A stretch of 32,000 bases of DNA, from contig NZ_LN831039.1 in the NCBI RefSeq assembly GCF_001457595.1, positions 1,500,001-1,532,000 of the forward strand, given 5' to 3'. Of this stretch, positions 1-9,200 are shown in pieces. Below the pieces are notes generated by a model that was not told the DNA's origin, did no database searches, and saw only the letters and a program-made list of their open reading frames with translations. Numbering within the stretch: position 1 is the first letter of the stretch; each line of letters starts with the position of its first letter. A program made the position numbers and the translations under genes. The DNA is from Mycolicibacterium smegmatis. GTDB lineage: Bacteria; Actinomycetota; Actinomycetes; Mycobacteriales; Mycobacteriaceae.

Positions 1-2470
1 CCGCACCCGTCGGCAGGTGCGCCATGGGAGAGGGCACGTCGGCACCCTCGGCCGGGGCGACCACGGGAATGTTGTCGAACTCGTCGTCGCGTTCGGTGAC
101 CTCGGGTTCGCTCGACACCCCGACACCCGCGGCCTCGGCCGCACGCAACAGCCCCGAATAGGACGTGCGCTTCCACGCCATGTCGATCGCCCGCAAAAAC
201 TTGCGGGCCGCCAGATCATCGGGCGCGGGTTCCGGTGGCATCGGGTTGACCGCACCGATCACCGATTCCTCGATAACCGGCCCACCGGCTGCCTCCCACG
301 CCCGCAATCGTTCCAGCGCATCCTCATCCGAGATCTTGGGTGGCGAACACTTCTCGGGGACGGTCGCCTCCCCGGGCGCGCGGCCGCGCAAAAGCCGCGA
401 CAGGCCGCCGTTGGGTTCGCCGTACGACGGCGCCCACCACGCGACCACCTGCGATTGGGCGCGGGTGAGCGCGACGTAGGTGAGCCGGCTGTCGTCGCCT
501 GCGGCCTCGGTGCGCCCGGCACGGGCGACCGCCGGATCGGGCCCGCCGACATGCAGGCAACGCTGCCCGTCGTCGTGGAACAGCACGATATCCGGTTCGG
601 GCACATGGCGATTGAACGCGAACGGCAGGTAGACGATGGGGAACTGCAGCCCCTTGCTCACCCACACGGTCATGATCTGCACGGCCGCCGCATCGCTGTC
701 GAGACGACGGTTGCGTTCCGATTCGCCGCCCTTCTCCGAGCGCTGCGTGCGCAGCCAGTCGCGCAGCGCGGCCAGCCCGAAGCCGTCGCGGTGCGCGGTG
801 TCCTGCAGCAACTGGGTCATGTGGGCGAGGTCGGTCATCAACCGCTCACCGCCCTGCCACGACAGCACACGCTTGCCCATACCGGCGAGTTGCGCGGCCT
901 CGAAGATCGCGGCGACACCGCGCTCGCGGGCGTGCCCGGCCCATTCACGCAGCGTGTCGGCCACCCGGTCGGTGAGCGCATCACCGCCTGCGGCAAGGGT
1001 TTCCGCGGTCTCACCGAAGAACATGGTGGCGGCCGCGGCGCGCACCAGACCCGGCCGGTGCGGTTGGTCGAACGCCTCGAGCAGGTACAGCCAGTCCTCG
1101 GCGGCCTCGGAGGTGAACACATCCGAATCCCCGGTGTACACCGCGGGTATGCCCGCCGCGAGCAGCGCCGAGTGACAGGCCCTGGCGTCCTTGTGGGTCT
1201 CGGTGATCACCGCGATGTCCTTCGCCTGCACCGGTTCGTCGCACCACGTCGCGCCGCTCGCCAGCAGCGCCCCGATGTCGGCGGCCAGATCGCGGCCGAT
1301 GTGGCGGCGCAGCTGATCGATCGGGATCACCCTGTTGTTGCCCGGCTTTCGCGGCACCACACGCAACCGGAACGGGTCGTTGCGCGGTGCGCCGACCAGA
1401 CGGTGCCCCTGGTGATGAGCCTGCACGTCGTGCACCACGATGTCGGGTCCGCCGAGTTCGGCACCCCGCAGCACGGCCTGCAGGCGGTCGACCAGCGCGC
1501 GGTCGCTGCGCCAGTTGGTGCCCAGCGTCTGCTTGTCACCGGCCGTCGCGGCGGCCCGCAGATACGTCGCGATGTCACCACCGCGGAACGCGTAGATCGC
1601 CTGCTTGGGGTCACCGATGAGCACCAGTGTCGACCGCCCCGAGAACGCGCGCTCGATCACCTGCCACTGCACGGGATCGGTGTCCTGGAACTCGTCGACC
1701 ATCACGATCGGCCAGCGCTGTTGCATGCGCACCCGCGCCGGGGAGTCCTCGGGTTCCAGCGCGTCGGCAAGTCGTGTCAGCAGATCGTCGTAACCCAGCA
1801 CACCACGGCGGCGCTTGCGGATCTCCAACTCGGCGAGCACATCCCGCGCGAACTTGAGCCGCACCGCGGCGGGGGAATCGGGATCCGGTTCGCGCGGGCG
1901 TAGCTCGGTGGCCGGATTGCCGACGACCATGCGCGCGAGCTCGAGCGCCTCGGGATAGCTGAGCTCGGGATCGTCCTTCTGCCCGCCGAAGTGCGCGAGA
2001 TACAGATCGTCGACGATCTCGGACACCAGGTCGTCGAGGCTTTCCACGAGGGTCACCCCGGCGTCGGAGTCCCCAGCCACGCCAAGGGATTTCAGCACGA
2101 TCTGGCAGAACTGGTGCGTGGTCGCGATGGTGGCGGCGTCGAACCCGGCCAGCGCGTCACGCAGACGCAGGCGCCGTGCCTGTCGATCGGTTGCGACGAG
2201 GTATTCCTCCAGGTCGTTGCAGGCGCGCGACGGGGCGTCCAACGCGACGAGCGCGGCGACGATCTGGGCGCGTACGCGCTCGCGCAGTTCCTGGCTGGCG
2301 GCGCGGCCGAACGTGATGAGCAGCATCTGGTCGAGCGTCGCGACGCCCTCGGCGACGAAACGCGTGACCAGACCGGCGAGCGCGAACGTCTTGCCGGTGC
2401 CCGCGCTGGCCTCCAGCACCGTGGTGGTGTTCGGTGCGGGCAGCGGGCCGAGCAGATCGAAAACCTTCAT
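1..2470 (-). CDS. recB: Exodeoxyribonuclease V subunit beta (RecB), C-terminus runs off the window start
   Basis: Minus-strand reading from ATG at 2470 gives MKVFDLLGPLPAPNTTTVLEASAGTGKTFALAGLVTR (Walker A helicase start); at the window edge it reads ...SPMAHLPTGA. Start overlaps the recC stop (ATGA). It lacks a stop in the window, so the track shows only antisense ORFs here. Confidence 0.95.
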   Translation of the reverse strand, partial: MKVFDLLGPLPAPNTTTVLEASAGTGKTFALAGLVTRFVAEGVATLDQMLLITFGRAASQELRERVRAQIVAALVALDAPSRACNDLEEYLVATDRQARRLRLRDALAGFDAATIATTHQFCQIVLKSLGVAGDSDAGVTLVESLDDLVSEIVDDLYLAHFGGQKDDPELSYPEALELARMVVGNPATELRPREPDPDSPAAVRLKFARDVLAELEIRKRRRGVLGYDDLLTRLADALEPEDSPARVRMQQRWPIVMVDEFQDTDPVQWQVIERAFSGRSTLVLIGDPKQAIYAFRGGDIATYLRAAATAGDKQTLGTNWRSDRALVDRLQAVLRGAELGGPDIVVHDVQAHHQGHRLVGAPRNDPFRLRVVPRKPGNNRVIPIDQLRRHIGRDLAADIGALLASGATWCDEPVQAKDIAVITETHKDARACHSALLAAGIPAVYTGDSDVFTSEAAEDWLYLLEAFDQPHRPGLVRAAAATMFFGETAETLAAGGDALTDRVADTLREWAGHARERGVAAIFEAAQLAGMGKRVLSWQGGERLMTDLAHMTQLLQDTAHRDGFGLAALRDWLRTQRSEKGGESERNRRLDSDAAAVQIMTVWVSKGLQFPIVYLPFAFNRHVPEPDIVLFHDDGQRCLHVGGPDPAVARAGRTEAAGDDSRLTYVALTRAQSQVVAWWAPSYGEPNGGLSRLLRGRAPGEATVPEKCSPPKISDEDALERLRAWEAAGGPVIEESVIGAVNPMPPEPAPDDLAARKFLRAIDMAWKRTSYSGLLRAAEAAGVGVSSEPEVTERDDEFDNIPVVAPAEGADVPSPMAHLPTGA

Positions 2471-5400
2471 CGGACCGGCCTTTCGGCGCGCAGCAGCGGC
2501 AGCCACAACCGTGACGAATATGCCCCGAGCCGGTGGGTTTCGCCTTCGAACTCCTCACCGGGGCGCAGCGGTTGCATGAGGTCGCGCAGCCACGCGTCGC
2601 GACCCCATGCCCGCACGTGGGCGGGTTCGGCGTCCTCGCCCGGGTATCGGCCGCTGCGCCAGCGGAAGCCGGCCTTCTGCTCCGGGTCGTCGCCGGAGTG
2701 CCGTGCCTCGGCCCACGCATACGACGTCTTGACCGGAAGCGGCAGCGGTTCGCGCCGCCCCGCGTCGTAGATCGCCACCAGATCCGCCAGCAGTTCGACC
2801 GGGTTGTCGGGCCCGCCGAGCCCCTCGACGCGCGGCGTGGTGCCCCGCGCGGGCCGCCCGATGCACACCGCGAGCCAGTCGCGGTCGGGATACCCGGCGG
2901 CCAACGCCAGCAACGGAATCCACGACTGCAGCAGATGCTTGCCGCCGAGTTTGGAGTACGTCACCGACACCAGTCGGTCACCGAACACCGGTGACACCGT
3001 GCCGGTGAGGCGCCGGCCACTGCCCAGGTCGATGTCGACGTCATAGGCCTCACCGTCGGTGTCGCGGAACCCGAGCGCTTCGGTGGCCAGCAGTGCGCAC
3101 TGGTCGCGCAGTGCGATCGCGCGGCGCCACCCCAACTGTCCGGGCGGCAGCGTGCCGCGGCGCCACTCGGCCTGCTGCGCGGCGGCCGGGGTCATGCCGC
3201 GCAGGATGTCCGAGAGCATGCGGTCGCCGACCGTCCACTCCTCGAGCGCGTCGATGTCGACGGGCATCACGTCGGACACGCCCTCGACGTCCCACGGCAG
3301 CGTGTAGTCGAGCGCGCGGAAGAATCCCTTGACAGGGTCCTTGAAAAAGTTCAGCAAGTCTTCGAGTGCGACGTCGTCGGGCAGCGGCGGCGGCAGCGGA
3401 TCGCTGAAGAACGCCGGCCGCGTGGCGCGTTCACCGCTGCTGGCCCGTGCCGCGACGAGCGCGGTCTGGTCGAACGTGAACGGTTCGCCGGGCACCAGCG
3501 CGCCGGGGATCACGTTGCGTTTGTCGAAGGGCTGCAACGGATGCTGTGTGAGGACGTCGAGTGCGGAATCTTCGGTGGTGATCTTGAGCGTGTCGATCAG
3601 TTCGGCCAGCGGGACCGCGGGCGGGCGGGGCTGCCCCGAGTTCTCGTTGGCGCCGGTGTAGGTGATGACGAGTGTCTGCGTGGCCGCGAGGATCGCGTCG
3701 AGCAGCAGTTGCCGGTCCTCCGAACGGATGTCACGCTCACCGGTCATCGGGTCGCGCGCGAGGGCGTCGTCGCCGTCGACCGCGCCCAGGCGCGGGAACA
3801 CGCCGTCGTCGAGACCCACGAGGCACACCACGCGGTGCGGCACCGAACGCATCGGCACCATGGTGCACACCGTGAGGGTGCCGGTGCGGAAGTTGGCCCG
3901 CGTGGGGCGCCCGGCCAGATGGCGGTCCAGCAGTGCGCGAACATCCGCCAGCCGCAACGAGGTTGCGGTGTCGCCGGCACGTGCGGTGATCTCGGCGAAC
4001 TCGCGTTGCATCTGGGCTGCGGGCCAGTCCTCGTCGGCCAGTGCCAGCGCGTCGATGCCCGCGGTGAGCGCGTCGAGCCACTCGTGCAGCGGGCGGGTGC
4101 CGCTGAGCTGATCGACCGTGCGACGGAGCTTCTCGACGAAATCGGCGAACCGGCCCGCCAGCTCCACGCGGTTGCTGCTGACGTCGTCGAGCGGCAGCGT
4201 GGTCCCCAGCCAGGCGTGCGAGTCGTCGGACATGGCGACCCCGGCCAGCACGCGGTCGATGCCGAAACGCCAGGTGTTGTGCAGGAATTCGACGCCGTAC
4301 GGGCGGCGGTGCTCCTGGTCGAAACCCCAGCGGATGTTGGCCTCGCGCGTCCACGCCGTGATCGCGTCGAGGTCGTCGTCGGTGAATCCGAACCGGGCCC
4401 GCACCGGCGCGGATTCGGCCAGGTTGAGCACCTCGCTCGCGGTCGCGCGGCCGCCGGCCAGCGCCAGCAGTTGCGCGGCCACCGCCAGCAGGGGATTGGT
4501 CTGCACCAGCGCGCGGTCGGCCAGCCGCACCCGCAGCTTGTGCGCGGGATGCGCGCTGAGATTTATATGTGCTCCTCGCGTGCGCGGCACGACGTCGCCG
4601 AGCCCGAACCCGGCCGTGATCAACGGCGCGTAGGTCTCGATGTCGGGACACATGACGAGGATGTCGCGGGGTTCCAGCGTGGGATCGTCGGCGAGCAGGC
4701 CGAGCAGCACCTCGCGCAGCACATCGATCTGCCGTGACGGGCCGTGGCAGCTGTGCACCTGGATCGAGCGGTCCTCGCGACGGTGGTGACGGCCCTGCGG
4801 GCGTACCGCGTCGGCCGCGATGTCGGACTGCAGCCAGCCCAGCAGCGTGTCGGGATACTCGGACCTGCCGCGGAATTCGTCGGTGTCGGGCTCGGGCAGC
4901 AGACGTTGCATCTCGCGCAGGTCGCGGCCCAGGGTGGCCAGCAGTGGATGCCCGACGTCACGGTGGCTGGTGTCCTCACGTCGGGGCAGCGGACCCTTGC
5001 GCGTGGACAGTGCCTGCCAGAGAGTGTCGCTGGGGTGGGGCAGCCACAGGTGCAGATCGTGATGCGTGGCCAGCGCGGTCAGCAATTCGACCTCGGTGGC
5101 AGGCAGGCGTGTATGCCCGAACAGCGACAGGCGCTGCGGCAGATCCGTGGGCGACTCATGTAGCTGGACAAGGGTTTTGGCGTGGCGGATGTGGGGCGGG
5201 TCGGCGTCGATGCGCTCACACAGGGCCTGCCACAGCGGCTTCTGCCAGGCCAGGTCGTCGGGTAGGCCGTCCCAGTCGACCAGCAGCCGCGGGCGCTGCC
5301 GGGCATACGACGCGAACAGCCCCGCGAGCCGTCGCGCGACCGCGTAGCGGCGGCCCTGGCGCAGCTCGTACTCCTCGCCCATCTCGAAATGGCCGAGGTG

Positions 5401-5724
5401 CGTCGCGAGCGTCGTGCACCACGGCTCGTCCAGGCTCTCGTCGATCACCCCGAGCAGCGGCCACACCATCGCGTCGGGCGACCACGGATCGTCGTCGGCG
5501 GTTCCGGTGAGCTCGGCGATGAGCGAGCGCGGGTTGCGGAACTCGACCGCCGCGCACACCCCGAGACGGTTGGACAACCGCTGGCTCAGCCAGCGTTCGA
5601 CGCCCTTGGCAGGGACCAGCACCAGTTCGGTCGCGAACGGATCGGGCAGGGGATCCGACAGCAGCGCCGCGAGTCCGTCAGCGAGCAGATCGGTGCGTTC
5701 GGCCCGATGCAGGTGCAGTGCCAT
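2467..5724 (-). CDS. recC: Exodeoxyribonuclease V subunit gamma (RecC)
   Basis: Track ORF 2467..6888 contains MALHLHRAERTDLLADGLAALLSDPLPDPFATELVLVPAKGVERWLSQRLSNRLG...; start reassigned to ATG at 5724 because the upstream part is antisense to the MFS gene. Coupled with recB. Confidence 0.93.
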   Translation of the reverse strand: MALHLHRAERTDLLADGLAALLSDPLPDPFATELVLVPAKGVERWLSQRLSNRLGVCAAVEFRNPRSLIAELTGTADDDPWSPDAMVWPLLGVIDESLDEPWCTTLATHLGHFEMGEEYELRQGRRYAVARRLAGLFASYARQRPRLLVDWDGLPDDLAWQKPLWQALCERIDADPPHIRHAKTLVQLHESPTDLPQRLSLFGHTRLPATEVELLTALATHHDLHLWLPHPSDTLWQALSTRKGPLPRREDTSHRDVGHPLLATLGRDLREMQRLLPEPDTDEFRGRSEYPDTLLGWLQSDIAADAVRPQGRHHRREDRSIQVHSCHGPSRQIDVLREVLLGLLADDPTLEPRDILVMCPDIETYAPLITAGFGLGDVVPRTRGAHINLSAHPAHKLRVRLADRALVQTNPLLAVAAQLLALAGGRATASEVLNLAESAPVRARFGFTDDDLDAITAWTREANIRWGFDQEHRRPYGVEFLHNTWRFGIDRVLAGVAMSDDSHAWLGTTLPLDDVSSNRVELAGRFADFVEKLRRTVDQLSGTRPLHEWLDALTAGIDALALADEDWPAAQMQREFAEITARAGDTATSLRLADVRALLDRHLAGRPTRANFRTGTLTVCTMVPMRSVPHRVVCLVGLDDGVFPRLGAVDGDDALARDPMTGERDIRSEDRQLLLDAILAATQTLVITYTGANENSGQPRPPAVPLAELIDTLKITTEDSALDVLTQHPLQPFDKRNVIPGALVPGEPFTFDQTALVAARASSGERATRPAFFSDPLPPPLPDDVALEDLLNFFKDPVKGFFRALDYTLPWDVEGVSDVMPVDIDALEEWTVGDRMLSDILRGMTPAAAQQAEWRRGTLPPGQLGWRRAIALRDQCALLATEALGFRDTDGEAYDVDIDLGSGRRLTGTVSPVFGDRLVSVTYSKLGGKHLLQSWIPLLALAAGYPDRDWLAVCIGRPARGTTPRVEGLGGPDNPVELLADLVAIYDAGRREPLPLPVKTSYAWAEARHSGDDPEQKAGFRWRSGRYPGEDAEPAHVRAWGRDAWLRDLMQPLRPGEEFEGETHRLGAYSSRLWLPLLRAERPVR

Positions 5725-5747
5725 CGACACACACGATAGAGATGGGG

Positions 5748-6998
5748 TCAGACACTCGCGGGGATTGGTGCGGACATCGTCGAGGGGCGGGCCGCGAGCG
5801 CGAGCGCAAACGTCGCCGCCGCGGCGATCAGGAACGCCACCCGCACGTTGAACACGTCGGCCGCACCGCCCAGCAGGGCCGCAGCGAACGGGCGGGATCC
5901 GAGGAACCCGACCAGCCACAGCGCCATGATGCGCCCGCGCAGTTCTTCCGGCGCGCGCTCCTGCACGACGGTGCTCAGGCCGGTCATCGACCAGCCGAAG
6001 CCCAAGCCTGCGATCGCGAAACCGATCAGCGCGACCGGCGCCTCCGTGGCCGCCGCCAGCAGCGCGGAACCCGCGGTGAGCAGGAACAGGCCGACCGACG
6101 AGACGCGCTCGGACGCGATGCGTCCGCGCAGCACGGCCAGCACGATCATGCCGACCGCGGCACCCACACCGAACGACGCCGACAGCGCGCCCACCAACTG
6201 GGTGCCGCCGCCGAGATCCTCGGCCATCGACGGGGTCAGCGTGATCGACGGGTCCGAGGCGAATCCGACCGTCGACACCGCGAGCAGCGCCAGCAGCAGT
6301 GGGCGGTCGCGCCACACGTGGCGCAACGCCGCGCGCACGCGGTAGTCGCCGTCGGGGTCGAGCTTCGGCCGCGTCGGGAACGTCACCAGCACCAGGAAGA
6401 CCGCGAAGATGACGTGCAGGCCCGCGCTGATGGCGAAGCCCGCGGCCGCGCCGAGATGGGCGGCCAGGTAGGCGCCGATGGGCGGGCCGAGGATACGGCC
6501 GATGGTCATCGGAATGCTGTTGAGCGCCATGGCGGTTGCCAGCTCGCCCTCGCGGATCAGGTTCGGCACCACCGACTGCATGGCCGGGCCGCCGATGACG
6601 AACCCGAAGCCGACGAGCGTCGCGCCCACCAGCACCGGCACCGCGACCGCGTTGCCGGTCAGATCGGGTGCGAGCGCCATCCATGCCGCGGTCGAACCCG
6701 AGCCCGCGATACACATCAGCCGGCCCAGCAGGATCTGCCGGGCCGGGTTGCCCACGTCGGCCCACTTGCCGCTGGTGGGGCTCAGGATCAGCTGGGGGAG
6801 GAATTGCGCGACGCCGACCATGCCGACCATGACGGCCGACCGTGTGGCGTCGTACATGACGATGGCCGCGACGATGCCGTGCGTCCACACCGCGACGACC
6901 GAGAAGATCTTGCCCCAGAACAACGCCCCGAACACCGGGTCGAACATGAGGCGCAGCGCGTTGCGGGGACGTGCGGGGGCGTCTGCCGTCATGAACAC
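5748..6998 (-). CDS. MFS family efflux transporter
   Basis: 416 aa, multiple hydrophobic helices, MFS-like N-terminal half (FWGKIFSVVAVWTHGIVAAIVMYDATRSAVMVGMVGVAQFLPQLILSPTSGKWAD). Confidence 0.88.
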   Translation of the reverse strand: MFMTADAPARPRNALRLMFDPVFGALFWGKIFSVVAVWTHGIVAAIVMYDATRSAVMVGMVGVAQFLPQLILSPTSGKWADVGNPARQILLGRLMCIAGSGSTAAWMALAPDLTGNAVAVPVLVGATLVGFGFVIGGPAMQSVVPNLIREGELATAMALNSIPMTIGRILGPPIGAYLAAHLGAAAGFAISAGLHVIFAVFLVLVTFPTRPKLDPDGDYRVRAALRHVWRDRPLLLALLAVSTVGFASDPSITLTPSMAEDLGGGTQLVGALSASFGVGAAVGMIVLAVLRGRIASERVSSVGLFLLTAGSALLAAATEAPVALIGFAIAGLGFGWSMTGLSTVVQERAPEELRGRIMALWLVGFLGSRPFAAALLGGAADVFNVRVAFLIAAAATFALALAARPSTMSAPIPASV

Positions 6999-7465
6999 AC
7001 CCCGCGCTCGAAGTCGGTGACCAACCGCTCGAGGAGGCCGACGAGTGTGTCGACGTCTTCGGCCGGCCAGTCGGCCACCGTCTCGGCGACCATCTGCCTG
7101 CGTCGTCCGGTGACCTCCGACAGGGCCTTGCGGCCGACGTCGGTGAGGACCAATACGCAGCGGCGCTGGTCGTCAGGGGACAGGGTCTTGGTCAGCAGTC
7201 CCGCGGCGACGACGTTGGCCACCGAGCGGCTGGCGGTCGAGTGCTCGACGGCCATGTACTCGGCGACCTCACCGATCGAGGCGCCCTGCCCGGTCTTCTC
7301 TTTCTGCTCCACGGCGCGCAGCACGCGCAGCGTCGAGAGGCTGGGAACGCTTCCGGTGTCGTCGATCAGGCGGCGTCGCCAACCCGGTCGCTGCCGGACC
7401 GTGTGGACGCGTACGAGGAGCTCGTCGAGTTCGTTGTAGCGCGGCACTAAACATGCATAGCACAT
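6989..7465 (-). CDS. MarR family transcriptional regulator
   Basis: 158 aa with winged HTH (SIGEVAEYMAVEHSTASRSVANVVAAGLLTKTLSPDDQRRCVLVLTDVGRKAL); stop overlaps the MFS start. A GTG start at 7447 is an alternative. Confidence 0.88.
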   Translation of the reverse strand: MCYACLVPRYNELDELLVRVHTVRQRPGWRRRLIDDTGSVPSLSTLRVLRAVEQKEKTGQGASIGEVAEYMAVEHSTASRSVANVVAAGLLTKTLSPDDQRRCVLVLTDVGRKALSEVTGRRRQMVAETVADWPAEDVDTLVGLLERLVTDFERGVCS

Positions 7466-7559
7466 ACATATATCTGCGAGCCAACCGCTGCCGAGCGTGC
7501 AATCTCATCCGCCTGGGGCGGCGAGTTGCGTATGAAACCGCACGGTCGGCGAAAAAGAA

Positions 7560-8267
7560 CTAGGAGCCGAACTCGGCCGCCAAACCGTCGATGCCCGCGC
7601 GGATGGCGGTGACGGCGTCGGCGCGGGCCTTGAGCTTACTCGCCACATGCGCGTTGGTGTGCAGGGCCGCGGCCTCGGTGGCCACCTGCTGCGCGCGGTC
7701 GAGGACCTCGTCGGGTTCGACGATCTCGTCGAGCCAGCCTGCCGAGATGGCGGCGTCACCGGAGAACACGGCCGCCATGCTGATGGCCCGCTGGAATGCC
7801 GCGCGAGTCAACCGCATCCGCATGATCTCGATCGCGGCGATGGGCAGCGTCATACCGATGGCCACCTCGTTGGCCTGGCAGCGCGACCGGGGCGACCCGA
7901 CGCGGTGATCGCCGGAGAGCAGCAGGAAAGACCCCATCGCGATCGCGGGCCCGGTGGCGGCCATGATCACCGGCACCGGGAAGGTCAGGCAGCGCACGGC
8001 GAGTTCGAACCCGCCGGTGAGCATCCCCAGCGCGGCGGCAGCATCGCCCGAGGCGAACACGCTGAGGTCGAAGCCCCCGCTGAACACCTTCGAGTTCCCG
8101 GCCACCACAAGGGCTTTCACCTCACCGCTGCCCGCGGCGAGCGACGCCTGGTCGAGCGCGTCGTTGATCGCGGCCTGCATATCCGGCGACAGCGCGTTGG
8201 CTTTGCCGTCGTCCAGCGTCACCGTGGCGACGTTCCCGTTCAGTGCGTAGCTCACCAGGCTGCTCAT
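7560..8267 (-). CDS. Enoyl-CoA hydratase/isomerase family protein (EchA3-like)
   Basis: 235 aa crotonase fold: VATVTLDDGKANALSPDMQAAI, VVAGNSKVFSGGFDLSVF, MAATGPAIAMGSFLLLSGDHR; position next to recC resembles Rv0632c (recalled). Confidence 0.85.
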   Translation of the reverse strand: MSSLVSYALNGNVATVTLDDGKANALSPDMQAAINDALDQASLAAGSGEVKALVVAGNSKVFSGGFDLSVFASGDAAAALGMLTGGFELAVRCLTFPVPVIMAATGPAIAMGSFLLLSGDHRVGSPRSRCQANEVAIGMTLPIAAIEIMRMRLTRAAFQRAISMAAVFSGDAAISAGWLDEIVEPDEVLDRAQQVATEAAALHTNAHVASKLKARADAVTAIRAGIDGLAAEFGS

Positions 8268-8284
8268 TGGACAGATGCTACGAG

Positions 8285-9145
8285 TCAGTCGGCTCGGTGG
8301 CGGCGGCCGGTACGCACCGGTGGGTTGATCAGGTCGGTCTCGGGATCGTCGTCGTCGAAATCGTCGTCGTCCTCGTCATCGTCGGTGACCTCGTACCGAC
8401 TGCGCCACCGCTCACGGACCTCGTTGCCCAGCGCCTTGACCCGGTTGATCTCGGTGCGCAGGGTCTGCTCGTCGGTTTCCTTTGCCGCGTACTGGTAGTA
8501 GGCGAGCACGGCCCGCAACAGCTCGAGCTTCTGCTTCTCCTGACGGGCGCGGTCGTGCGTGGTGAGCAGTTCCATACGGTCGACCGGGGGCAGGGTCGCC
8601 CAGTCCAGCACCGCGGTGTTGCGGAACTTCCTGCCGCTGGGTTTGCCGTTCTCGGGCGGCTCGTCGTAATACGTGATGGCCCCGTCGAACCGCGACGCGA
8701 TGGCCTCGCCGAGCTGCTTGCGGTCCAGCGCCGAGTCCCACACGATGCGCCACTCCTGGTTCGGCGCGAGGTACGGGATCTCGGCGGGCAGGTTCAGCGG
8801 CGTGATGTCGACGAAATTGTCGTCGTAGGAGCTCTCGTACTTGCCCACGGTCGGCGGGTTGGCGAACTCGAACCGCAGCCCGTACGCGGGCCGCTGCCCG
8901 TAGTTGCGGACGACGAGTTCGACCAGATGCCAGTCAGAACTGCTGGGCTCCATGAACATCGAGACGTTCGGCTGGGTGAGCTCGGCCCGCCGCTCCTTGG
9001 CCTTCAGATATTGACGCCACGCATAGACGAGAGCGATGACGGTGACGGCGAGCGCCACCCACGCTGCGAGCGCAGTCCACGTGCCCGGGTCGAACTCAGC
9101 CAACTCGCGCCCCCGATCCGCGATTGAGTCGAATATCCCCACCAA
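8285..9145 (-). CDS. Membrane-anchored hypothetical protein with acidic C-terminal tail (Rv0633c-like position)
   Basis: 286 aa with one N-terminal TM segment (WTALAAWVALAVTVIALVYAW) and a tail DDDEDDDDFDDDDPETD. Confidence 0.75.
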   Translation of the reverse strand: MVGIFDSIADRGRELAEFDPGTWTALAAWVALAVTVIALVYAWRQYLKAKERRAELTQPNVSMFMEPSSSDWHLVELVVRNYGQRPAYGLRFEFANPPTVGKYESSYDDNFVDITPLNLPAEIPYLAPNQEWRIVWDSALDRKQLGEAIASRFDGAITYYDEPPENGKPSGRKFRNTAVLDWATLPPVDRMELLTTHDRARQEKQKLELLRAVLAYYQYAAKETDEQTLRTEINRVKALGNEVRERWRSRYEVTDDDEDDDDFDDDDPETDLINPPVRTGRRHRAD

Positions 9146-9200
9146 GGGCTTATATCACGGATGTCGCGGGCAGGCACCGGTCCCGCTCAGCAAACTTTGC

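Noticed and set aside
17-1903. 628-aa plus-strand ORF
   Set aside because: Antisense to recB; Arg/Gly/His-rich composition typical of high-GC shadow ORFs, no recognisable domain.
3541-4737. 398-aa plus-strand ORF
   Set aside because: Antisense to recC with low-complexity Arg/Gln/Val-rich sequence.
5725-6888. N-terminal part of track ORF 2467..6888
   Set aside because: Overlaps the MFS gene in another frame and is Arg/Gly-rich; the RecC N-terminus begins at 5724.
5718-7439. 573-aa plus-strand ORF
   Set aside because: Antisense shadow of the well-supported MFS and MarR genes.
7509-7521. CCGCC-TGG-GGCGG hairpin between MarR and echA3-like genes
   Set aside because: Short, no T-tract, expected by chance in GC-rich DNA.
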